Assembly: GCF_002286735.1 (NCBI RefSeq)
Contig: NZ_NRTA01000085.1
Span: forward strand, 1-9,797
Direction of reading: 5' to 3'
Source: Leptolyngbya sp. BC1307
Lineage (GTDB): Bacteria > Cyanobacteriota > Cyanobacteriia > Phormidesmidales > Phormidesmidaceae
DNA length: 9,797 nucleotides
Position 1 is the first letter of the stretch; each line of letters opens with the position of its first letter. Both the position numbers and the translations under genes were made by a program. Positions 1 through 7,066 of this stretch are shown piece after piece. Under the pieces are notes generated by a model, which made no database searches, was not told the DNA's origin, and saw only the letters and a program-made list of their open reading frames with translations.

Positions 1-56
1 ATAACCAGAGCCTAGAAGTAGTGGCTTGGCAATAGCGTTTCTTACTGGTTTATCGA

Positions 57-97
57 ACAGCGTCGCTGTTCGTAAAAGGCTGAGATCTTGCACCATT
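57..97. repeat. Left terminal inverted repeat of the IS (imperfect)
   Basis: Block-wise match to the reverse complement of 1325-1370, aligned by eye with small indels. Confidence 0.5.
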
Positions 98-174
98 GTC
101 AGTAAGGGTTGCGTTGAGGGCCAAAATCTGAAAAAAAGGGCGTAGAAAAAGTTTAGAAGACGGTCATTAAAACC

Positions 175-1332
175 ATGCTTCAGCACGCCCAAGGGCTAGT
201 GTATAGCCTAATTTCACTCATGCCTAGTGTCTATCAAAAAGCCAGTCTAAAAGCCGTTTTGGGGCTATTTTTAGATGCGCAAGGCCATGCACTACCGGAA
301 CATACGCAAATCAAGTCAGCGAGTTCGCTCAGTCGGTTTTTTAATCGCTATCGTTGGCCAACCCGGCAAGTGATCCGCACTGCCCGCGCAGCCATCCTAG
401 AACAGCTCGCTACACATCCCGTCCGTAAGGGTGTGCCAGTGCGGCTGCTGATAGATTTAAGCACGCTGAGAAAGACAGGCAAGTTTTGGCATTTGAGCAC
501 GCCAACCGAGGACATCAATGCGCCTGAGCCCTGGGTGCGAATGCTCAATGGCAAGCGTGGACTGCATCTGGTCGTGCTCTATATCGTGATTGGCCAGCGG
601 CGAATACCGTGGAGCTTCCGAGTCTGGCGCGGCAAAGGGCGACCGAGCCCGAATCAATTGGCCTGTAAGCTGTTGGCCAGCGTACCTAAGTCTCTGATAA
701 AAGGCAGAACTGTGATTGTGCAGGCAGACACCGAATTTGGCACCGTAGAATTTCTCGGTGCCGTCCGTCAGCGCAAGTGGCGAGCCGTCGTTGGGGTGAA
801 AAACAGCCGTCTATTACAAGATGGGCGCAAGCTAAAAGACCTTCCAGGCAAGGCAAAACGGGGACTACAGGTTTACCTCAAGGATATCGACTACCCGCTT
901 ACAGTCTCTTGGTTTTGGCTTAAACGAGCGGACAATCAGCGAGAGCTGCGCTTTGTCGCTTCGACCCATCCTTATTCTGGTGTTTACCTCATCCGCTTAG
1001 GCCGCAAACGTTGGGCTATAGAAGGTTTCTTCAAAACCGCTAAGCATCAGTTTGGGCTGCATTGCTTTGGCCAAAGCACCAAAATCGGCGTGTATCGTTG
1101 GCTTGTACTGTCGCTCATTGCTTATCTGCTCGCCCATTGGGTTGACCTCTGGGCTTGGCCACCCGTCTTAGATTGGAAGGCCACCGCTAGGTTAACCCTA
1201 GAAAAACTGCTGCCCTCTGTGCTCTGGTTTCAACTGCTCAGACAAATCAGGCGCAATGTTGATATTGCTGCTCAATTTGGCTTTGAAATCATCATCAAAT
1301 CATTGCCTGATTGGGCTTATCGAGAATGGTGA
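175..1332 (+). CDS. DDE transposase, IS4 superfamily (DDE_Tnp_1-like)
   Basis: 385-aa ORF. Candidate catalytic triad contexts are LLIDLS, VQADTEFG and RWAIEGFFKTAK. The last is the R(3)E(6)K signature of IS4-type transposases. The ORF is bracketed by inverted repeats. Confidence 0.9.
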   Translation: MLQHAQGLVYSLISLMPSVYQKASLKAVLGLFLDAQGHALPEHTQIKSASSLSRFFNRYRWPTRQVIRTARAAILEQLATHPVRKGVPVRLLIDLSTLRKTGKFWHLSTPTEDINAPEPWVRMLNGKRGLHLVVLYIVIGQRRIPWSFRVWRGKGRPSPNQLACKLLASVPKSLIKGRTVIVQADTEFGTVEFLGAVRQRKWRAVVGVKNSRLLQDGRKLKDLPGKAKRGLQVYLKDIDYPLTVSWFWLKRADNQRELRFVASTHPYSGVYLIRLGRKRWAIEGFFKTAKHQFGLHCFGQSTKIGVYRWLVLSLIAYLLAHWVDLWAWPPVLDWKATARLTLEKLLPSVLWFQLLRQIRRNVDIAAQFGFEIIIKSLPDWAYREW

Positions 1333-1370
1333 AAGATCTGAGTTAAGGTTTTACTGGCAGCGCTTACTGT
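1325..1370. repeat. Right terminal inverted repeat of the IS (imperfect); it overlaps the last codons and stop of the transposase
   Basis: Its reverse complement matches 57-97 in blocks. The transposase stop (1330-1332) lies inside it, which is common for IS elements. Confidence 0.5.
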
Positions 1371-1389
1371 ATCGTTTACGTTCATCGTC

Positions 1390-1950
1390 ATGACTCAGCT
1401 CACTACCTTTACACTGCAACCGTTTTCTCCTACTGCCCAAACAACAGATCTCGCTATTAGCGGCTCGCTGGTGAGAAGTCAGTCTGTTCTATCGATTGTT
1501 TATCGGTTTGAGGGAGACTTTGACAAAGTGGTAATTCCGCCAGTGGGTGAGGCGGGCGATCGCCGCGATCAGCTCTGGCAACAAACGTGCTTTGAGTTCT
1601 TTTTAGGTGAAGGCCCCAACAAAGCAGAAACCGACCCTTACTGGGAGTTTAACCTCTCTCCGACAGGCGATTGGAATGTGTTTTCGCTGGCAGGCTATCG
1701 TCAGGGTTTGCGAGAAGAGAGGGCGCTAGGGGCGCTCCCGTTTACCGTTCGTACGGCGCAGACTCAGCTGCAACTGGCGCTAACGGTCGATGTGGGAGAG
1801 CTTGTTGACCCGGCTCAACCGCTGCGATTGGGCGTGAGTGCAGTGGTGGTGCTGGCGAGCGGCGAAGAGACTTTTTGGGCGATCGCTCATCCCGGCCCAA
1901 CGCCTGATTTTCACCATCCTGAGAGTTTTGCGCTTGAGCTACTGCCGTAA
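1390..1950 (+). CDS. Conserved hypothetical protein, possibly DOMON/CBM9-like (function uncertain)
   Basis: 186-aa ORF with two internal HIP1 sites (1556, 1879) and host-like codon usage. The segment WEFNLSPTGDWNVFSLAGYRQG resembles cyanobacterial proteins I recall being annotated as DOMON-like. That is from memory only. Confidence 0.7.
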   Translation: MTQLTTFTLQPFSPTAQTTDLAISGSLVRSQSVLSIVYRFEGDFDKVVIPPVGEAGDRRDQLWQQTCFEFFLGEGPNKAETDPYWEFNLSPTGDWNVFSLAGYRQGLREERALGALPFTVRTAQTQLQLALTVDVGELVDPAQPLRLGVSAVVVLASGEETFWAIAHPGPTPDFHHPESFALELLP

Positions 1951-2033
1951 CGCATCCTGTCAGTAAAGCCTGTGGTAGGTTTAAAGAGATTTACCAGTCT
2001 CCCAGAAACAACCTCATCGGATCATTAACCACC

Positions 2034-2303
2034 ATGTCTGAGCGCTCAGGAGGCCAGTCTCAAGCTAAAACCATTTTCCTACTCACTTCGATGGTGGGCT
2101 GGCTAGCCGTGGGCGCATCGCTGATCTATCTGGTGCCAGTAGCGGCTCACTGGCTGCGCCCCTCGGAGCTGACGGCAACCTGGATGACCACCCTCGGGCG
2201 GAGTGGCTACGACCCGATGCTGGCAGTCGTCGGTGGGGGCACGGCGCTGGTGCTGACGGTTGCAGGCAATTGGCTGTGGTACGAGAAATTTGAAGAGCGC
2301 TAG
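2034..2303 (+). CDS. Small membrane protein with two predicted TM helices (hypothetical)
   Basis: 89-aa ORF with two hydrophobic stretches (IFLLTSMVGWLAVGASLIYLVPVAA and MLAVVGGGTALVLTVAGNWLW). It is on the same strand as, and tightly spaced with, its neighbours. No family recognised. Confidence 0.5.
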   Translation: MSERSGGQSQAKTIFLLTSMVGWLAVGASLIYLVPVAAHWLRPSELTATWMTTLGRSGYDPMLAVVGGGTALVLTVAGNWLWYEKFEER

Positions 2304-2330
2304 GCATACCCTCGCAAAACATGGAATGGC

Positions 2331-3029
2331 ATGATGAAAACCATTGGGCTGCTCGGTGGCATGAGCTGGGAGTCAACGATTGAGTATTACCGGCTGCTGA
2401 ATGAAACCGTTAAAGCAGAGCTAGGCGGACTGCACTCAGCGAAGATCGTAATGGTTTCGGTCGATTTCGAAGAGATTGTAGCGCTCAAGCATGAGGGCGA
2501 CTGGGACAAAATTGGTCAACTGCTCGCAGCGGCTGCCGCCAAGCTAGAAGGGGCCGGGGCCGACTGTTTGCTGCTGGCGACCAATACCATGCACAAGGTG
2601 GCCGAGGCGATCGCGCTCTCAACTTCTCTACCGCTGATTCACATTGCCGATGCGACGGCTGTAGAAATCAAACAGAGCAGGATTAAGCGAATTGGGTTGC
2701 TGGGTACCCGCTTCACTATGGAAGAGTCTTTTTACAAAGATCGGCTGATCCATCAGCATGGCTTGGCCGTGCAGGTGCCCAATGACGAAGACCGCCGCTT
2801 TGTTCACAATGTCATCTATGACGAGCTTTGCCTGGGTAAAATTCGCCCGGTATCGCGCGATCGCTTTTGTGAAATCATCGCTCGTTTGGTCGCCTCGGGT
2901 GCTGAAGCTGTCGTCTTGGGCTGCACAGAAATCAGCCTGCTGGTTCACCCCGAAGACAGCGTCGTGCCCTTATTTGATACGACGGCTATTCACGCGATCG
3001 CCGCAGCTAAGTGGGCGATCGCGGCCTAG
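2331..3029 (+). CDS. Aspartate/glutamate racemase family protein (YgeA-like)
   Basis: The N-terminus MKTIGLLGGMSWESTIEYYRLLN is typical of the Asp/Glu racemase family. The two half-site motifs are LLATNTMH (Thr in place of the first catalytic Cys, as in YgeA-type members) and VLGCTEISLL. The start may be the second ATG at 2334. Confidence 0.85.
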   Translation: MMKTIGLLGGMSWESTIEYYRLLNETVKAELGGLHSAKIVMVSVDFEEIVALKHEGDWDKIGQLLAAAAAKLEGAGADCLLLATNTMHKVAEAIALSTSLPLIHIADATAVEIKQSRIKRIGLLGTRFTMEESFYKDRLIHQHGLAVQVPNDEDRRFVHNVIYDELCLGKIRPVSRDRFCEIIARLVASGAEAVVLGCTEISLLVHPEDSVVPLFDTTAIHAIAAAKWAIAA

Positions 3030-4158
3030 AGCTGCTTAGCCAACTCTGGGTAACACCGCCAGTAGCCCGACGAAAATCGTTTTCTGGGCGAGTCCAGTTA
3101 TTCGCCGAATTACTGAGATATCTAGCTAGGGATATCTAGATATAAATCGACGTAGATTGCGAACGGCTGCTGTGCAAGCGTCTGTAGGATTAGAAACCTT
3201 AAGGCTATTTCCCCCTTACAAAGAAGTGCAGTAGGCAGCTGTGGAAACAGGCACAGTGATAAAACATCTCGGTATCGCTTCTTTAGAGCGCAAACTGAGG
3301 CGATCGCTCATAAACATTGTCTCTCTCGTTAAGAGATGCCATAAATAGACTTCTCACTTCTGTATAAATACGGATATAGAGAATAGTCTAGCAGGGTGTA
3401 AATACCTGACTGTCAGGCAGTTTCCGGATAGTGACAGCAGGCGAAGAGAATCTATTTTGTAAACCAATAGACACTGCGGCAATGCTTGACTTTACAGAAA
3501 GCGATATTTCAGCTGGCTTTAGCGACCGGGTGTTAGCTGAGCCCGCGAGAGTGAAATTATCACGGCCAATGCGGTTAAGTCACGCTAGGAACGCAGACTT
3601 TCTACATCGGCACTCAGCAGGTCTCTAGCATTAATCAAAACCCCATTATCCGCAGCTTTGACCCCAGCTAAACATGCCAGCCCAAATGCGCCTGAATAGC
3701 CAAGCCGGATAGGTCTGTCGGCAGATGCTTTACGAAAGGGGCAAGCTTAGGATAAAACAGACTCAAATCAGCAGGCAGCAGGCCCTAGTCAAAAGTACGG
3801 TGATTACGGCGGGCAATCACCACTGCTAGAGCGGCTGCTTCTGGCGATGATGTAGTTAGTCAGTAGTCAGTCAAAGGATCGCCGGCAACGGTAGTTCTAA
3901 GCTGATTCTAACCGAGGGCTCAGTATCTCTGTATAGGCTATAGCTTCTCAAGACAGAAAAGACCTTATCACTCCTCCCCTTAAAGTTCAATTCTAATCCA
4001 AGGTATTGAAGTTATGTTAAGATAAACTCATAACGATTTTGAGTTAAGCAAACGTTAAACGGTATTTGACGATAGGTTGGCGGCTTTCGACTGCAGGTTT
4101 TGAAGTGCAGCGCGCATTGGCTACTAGCCCCCCTATTGATTCCTTAGAAATTTTCGGC

Positions 4159-4163
4159 GGAGG
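4159..4163 (+). promoter_or_regulatory. Shine-Dalgarno-like GGAGG upstream of the sigma factor start
   Basis: GGAGG at 4159-4163, with 11 nt to the ATG at 4175. Confidence 0.4.
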
Positions 4164-4174
4164 CCCCAAACACC

Positions 4175-5284
4175 ATGGCTACATCTGAAGCCCGCACCAC
4201 TAAAAAGAGCGCTACCGCACAGGGCGCTGAAGCAAAAGCTAAAGCAGCTAAAACGACTGCCAAGACGGCAGCTACGACGACTAAAACTAAAAAGACAGCC
4301 AAGCGTAAAGCCAAGCCGCTGTACACCACTGACGCAGTGCGTGCCTATCTACATGAGATTGGCCGCGTCCCTCTGCTCAGCCACGAAGATGAGATCGTGC
4401 TGGGTAAGCAGGTACAGCAAATGATGGCGCTGCTAGAGATCAAAGCAGGGCTGGTTGAACAGCTGCCAGAAGACGATGCCTCTGAAAATAATATTTCTCA
4501 GGCAGAGTGGGCGGCCGCCGCTGGCATGAGCGAAGATGAGCTGAGCAATCACATGCGTCGCGGTCAGCGCTCCAAGCACAAAATGATTGAGGCCAATCTG
4601 CGGCTGGTAGTCGCGGTTGCCAAGAAGTACCAAAAGCGCAACCTGGAGTTCTTAGATCTGATTCAAGAAGGCACTCTCGGCTTAGAGCGTGGGGTAGAAA
4701 AGTTTGACCCGATGAAGGGCTATAAGTTCTCTACTTACGCTTACTGGTGGATTCGTCAGGCGATTACGCGGGCGATCGCTCAGCAGGCGCGCACAATTCG
4801 CTTGCCGATTCACATCACCGAAAAGCTCAACAAGATCAAGCGCGTTCAGCGGGAGCTATCGCAGACGTTAGGGCGCAGCCCCAATGCGGCTGAGATTGGT
4901 GAAGAGCTAGAACTAGAGCCCAAACAGGTACGCGAGTATCTTTCGATTGCCCGTCAGCCAATCTCTCTAGATGTGCGCATCGGTGATAACCAGGATACTG
5001 AGCTGCAAGATCTCTTAGAAGATGACGGTGCTTCGCCCGAAGACTACACCGTGCAGCAGTCTCTACGCCAGGACATCTTTAAGATGCTCTCAGAGCTGAC
5101 GCCTCAGCAGCAGGAAGTGATCAACCTGCGGTTTGGCTTAGCCGATGGCAATCCGCTTTCTCTGGCTAAGGTCGGTCAGCGCATGAGCATCAGCCGTGAG
5201 CGCGTCCGTCAGCTAGAGCAGCAGGCGCTGAAGCACTTGCGTCGTCGGAAGGCTTCGATCAACGGTTATTTGGCTGCGAGCTAG
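4175..5284 (+). CDS. RNA polymerase sigma-70 factor, RpoD/SigA family (cyanobacterial group-2-type)
   Basis: Region 1.2: DAVRAYLHEIGRVPLLSHEDEI. Region 2: MIEANLRLVVAVAKKYQKRNLEFLDLIQEGTLGLERGVEKFDPMKGYKFSTYAYWWIRQAITRAI. Region 3: TIRLPIHITEKLNKIKR. Region 4.2: LSLAKVGQRMSISRERVRQLEQQALKHLR. I could not confidently assign SigB, C, D or E subtype. Confidence 0.93.
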   Translation: MATSEARTTKKSATAQGAEAKAKAAKTTAKTAATTTKTKKTAKRKAKPLYTTDAVRAYLHEIGRVPLLSHEDEIVLGKQVQQMMALLEIKAGLVEQLPEDDASENNISQAEWAAAAGMSEDELSNHMRRGQRSKHKMIEANLRLVVAVAKKYQKRNLEFLDLIQEGTLGLERGVEKFDPMKGYKFSTYAYWWIRQAITRAIAQQARTIRLPIHITEKLNKIKRVQRELSQTLGRSPNAAEIGEELELEPKQVREYLSIARQPISLDVRIGDNQDTELQDLLEDDGASPEDYTVQQSLRQDIFKMLSELTPQQQEVINLRFGLADGNPLSLAKVGQRMSISRERVRQLEQQALKHLRRRKASINGYLAAS

Positions 5285-5321
5285 TCACTGGCTAATTCGA
5301 TGAAACATGACTAATTAAAAA

Positions 5322-5360
5322 GTGGACGGTGAGTTGATGATCTTGCCGTCCACTTTTTTT
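5322..5360. terminator. Rho-independent hairpin shared by the convergent sigma and PHP genes (bidirectional)
   Basis: GTGGACGG (5322-5329) pairs with CCGTCCAC (5346-5353) and is followed by T7 (5354-5360). An A-run (5317-5321) precedes the stem and would give a U-tract on the minus-strand transcript. It sits between stop codons at 5284 (+) and 5365 (-). Confidence 0.75.
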
Positions 5361-5364
5361 GCGT

Positions 5365-6201
5365 TTATGAGCGGGTGCTTTTGAGGGCGATCGCTGCCGC
5401 CCGTAAAGGGGGAAGCAGTGTAAGAGGCACTGCCAGATCGTTTAGATCGCGAAAGTCTGGATTTTTTTCTTTTCTGGGGCCGTGGTAGTCGCTGCCGCCA
5501 GTCATCAGCAGGCCGTAAGTTTGGCAGTATTCTTCTAGCTTGCGGGTCTGGCTGGGGCTGTGCGTGGGGTGGTAGACCTCAATGCCCGTCAGCCCGGCTT
5601 CGACCAGCTCTGGCAAAATGGCTTCTACCGTGCCGCCGCGAAAGATGTAAGGATGTGCCCAGACTGAGACCGCGCCGCACTGTGTCAATAGCTCAATGCC
5701 TTCTTGAGCTGTAAATTTTTCGTAGGGGACGTAGGCGGGGCCGTCGTCTTTTAAGAAGCGGTCAAAGGCTTCTCTGTTAGATTTGACGTGGCCTGCTTTT
5801 TTGAGGGCGCTGGCAATGTGAGGGCGGCCGGGTGCCATCAAGCCGGATAGGTCAGGCAGCTCAATTGGGTAGCCCAGTTCGGCAAGCTTTGCGGCCATTT
5901 CGCGGGCGCGGCGTTTGCGGCCTTCGACTCGTTCTTGCAGGGGCGATCGCAGCTTCTCCGCATCCGGGTAAAAGCCCAGAATGTGCATGGATCGGCCATT
6001 GTAAACGGTGCTCAACTCCAAGCCGGGGACGATTTCTAGGTTGAGCAGGGTGGCGGTGGCGATCGCTTCGTCCCAACCGGCCATCGTATCGTGATCAGTA
6101 ATCGCCAGCGCCTTGACGCCTTTTTCTGCTGCGAACTTCACCAGTTCTGCGGGTGTAAGACTGCCATCGGAACAAGTTGTGTGGCTGTGAAGCTCTAGCA
6201 T
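5365..6201 (-). CDS. PHP-domain metal-dependent phosphoesterase (TrpH/YciV-like, COG0613-type)
   Basis: The N-terminal motif LELHSHTTCSDGSLTPAELV, then AITDHDT, and later WAHP and GGSDYHG are the His/Asp metal-binding motifs of PHP phosphoesterases. Confidence 0.85.
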   Translation of the reverse strand: MLELHSHTTCSDGSLTPAELVKFAAEKGVKALAITDHDTMAGWDEAIATATLLNLEIVPGLELSTVYNGRSMHILGFYPDAEKLRSPLQERVEGRKRRAREMAAKLAELGYPIELPDLSGLMAPGRPHIASALKKAGHVKSNREAFDRFLKDDGPAYVPYEKFTAQEGIELLTQCGAVSVWAHPYIFRGGTVEAILPELVEAGLTGIEVYHPTHSPSQTRKLEEYCQTYGLLMTGGSDYHGPRKEKNPDFRDLNDLAVPLTLLPPLRAAAIALKSTRS

Positions 6202-6252
6202 AGGGGCAAGTGTGTTTGAAAAGACTTAGCTTCGTTCAGTATCGCTCGAAAG

Positions 6253-6987
6253 CTATTTTTTGATCTGCTGTGCGAACCAAAGAGCGGCTTTCCCGTTCGA
6301 TTCTTGCGCCGTTTTCTGAATGGTGGCTTCTAGCAAGGTCACGGATAATCCCGTCAGGGCGCTAGAGGCTTCGCAGGTTTGGTAGGTGCCGGTTTCATCC
6401 AGTCGGAAGATGAAAACGCGGCCACCTCTTATGTCGATTACCCAGTATTCTGGGATTTTTAATGAGGCGTAGAGTTTTTTCTTTTCGTCTAAATCTGTGG
6501 CGAGCGTTGTGTCTGAAACTTCGCCGATAAAGTCGGGCACAGGCCACTTGTTTAAATCAACTTGTCGCTGTTCTCCCGGCTCCCATCTTGGATAATTTTC
6601 ACCCAAGTAAACGACGAGGTCGGGAGCGCCTGCCTTGAGCGGTTTTTTCTCTAGTAGGCAACGACCTAACGAGGTAAAGGTTTGGTCGGAGTTTTGTGCA
6701 AACCATGCAAACAGCAGGGCTATAAACAGGTCGCAAATGGCTGCGTGGTTAATGCCTTCCCAACCCATATCAACGACCAAGACTGAGTTTTCATCGAAAA
6801 ATAGTCGCCAGTGCTTTTCATCGAGTTCAAGTTCGTCACGGCGATCACAATACTCTTCCCAAGTAGCGGGTTGCCAGCGGTAAAGTGGGGTTGGCTGTGG
6901 GCTAGGGTCAGAGGGATAAGTGACGCTGAGGGCAGTCATGGGTGGGCGTTTTGATAAGGCCGATGCTTTAAGCGTAGCAAACTTCAA
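6253..6987 (-). CDS. Uma2-family (DUF820) PD-(D/E)XK putative endonuclease
   Basis: Typical Uma2 features are present: PLYRW..WEEY near the N-terminus, APDLVVY, FIGEVSD (the D...E.S core) and KIPEYWVIDIRGGRVFIFRL. The true start may be the internal ATG at 6939 (MTALSV...), giving 228 aa. Confidence 0.85.
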   Translation of the reverse strand: MKFATLKASALSKRPPMTALSVTYPSDPSPQPTPLYRWQPATWEEYCDRRDELELDEKHWRLFFDENSVLVVDMGWEGINHAAICDLFIALLFAWFAQNSDQTFTSLGRCLLEKKPLKAGAPDLVVYLGENYPRWEPGEQRQVDLNKWPVPDFIGEVSDTTLATDLDEKKKLYASLKIPEYWVIDIRGGRVFIFRLDETGTYQTCEASSALTGLSVTLLEATIQKTAQESNGKAALWFAQQIKK

Positions 6988-7010
6988 GTTTATGGAAAGT
7001 TTTTGATGAT

Positions 7011-7041
7011 TTGACCTGTCGTCGGGATGACTCTCTATAAT
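7011..7041 (+). promoter_or_regulatory. Candidate sigma-70 promoter for the 7067 ORF / STAND locus
   Basis: TTGACC (7011-7016), a 19-bp spacer, then consensus TATAAT (7036-7041), 25 nt before the ATG at 7067. The spacer is longer than optimal. Confidence 0.4.
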
Positions 7042-7066
7042 TTGGCTAGTTGCTCTGAGATTCTCT

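Larger units (their letters stand above)
56..1370 (+). mobile_element. Apparently complete insertion sequence (~1.3 kb), IS4-superfamily (IS4/IS701-like DDE), with one transposase ORF between imperfect terminal inverted repeats
   Basis: The left end 57-97 (ACAGCGTCGCTGTTCGTAAAAGGCTGAGATCTTGCACCATT) aligns with the reverse complement of 1325-1370 (ACAGTAAGCGCTGCCAGTAAAACCTTAACTCAGATCTTTCACCATT). Shared blocks are ACAG, CGCTG, GTAAAA, CTnAGATCTT and CACCATT. TATCG occurs just outside both ends (51-55 and 1370-1374) and may be a target duplication. The element carries no HIP1 site. Exact termini are uncertain by a few bp. Confidence 0.6.

Noticed and set aside
348-657. Minus-strand ORFs 348-554 and 457-657 inside the transposase gene
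   Set aside because: They are fully antisense to a strongly supported DDE transposase ORF. They are Arg/Ser/Ala/Pro-rich like typical shadow frames, and no motifs are recognised.
2083-3039. ORFs 2083-2376 (-), 2628-2948 (-) and 2758-3039 (+) overlapping the membrane-protein and racemase genes
   Set aside because: These are shadow or alternative-frame ORFs of GC-rich coding sequence. The racemase frame carries unmistakable family motifs and these do not.
3061-3090. Possible terminator hairpin after the racemase gene (GCCC...GGGC around CGAAAATCGTTTTC)
   Set aside because: The stem is short, interrupted and AT-rich, with no following T-tract. It is not good enough to call.
3431-3628. 65-aa GTG-initiated ORF in the long intergenic region
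   Set aside because: No SD, no recognisable motif and atypical composition. It is the only ORF above threshold in a region full of stops, consistent with chance.
3588-3746. Minus-strand open frame reading ...PIRLGYSGAFGLACLAGVKAADNGVLINARDLLSADVESLRS, which looks protein-like
   Set aside because: It is only 53 codons between stops and has no ATG or GTG start. At best it is a gene relic, and I cannot assign a family without a search.
4144-4633. Minus-strand ORFs 4144-4329 and 4433-4633 overlapping the sigma gene
   Set aside because: They are antisense to a sigma-70 gene with all conserved regions intact. The first merely mirrors the Lys/Ala/Thr-rich repeat as a Val/Ala/Leu-rich shadow.
5832-6883. 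ORFs 5832-6044 (+), 5861-6076 (-) and 6635-6883 (+) inside the PHP and Uma2 genes
   Set aside because: They are alternative-frame or antisense shadows with Arg/Pro/Ser/Gly-rich composition. The annotated frames contain the family motifs.
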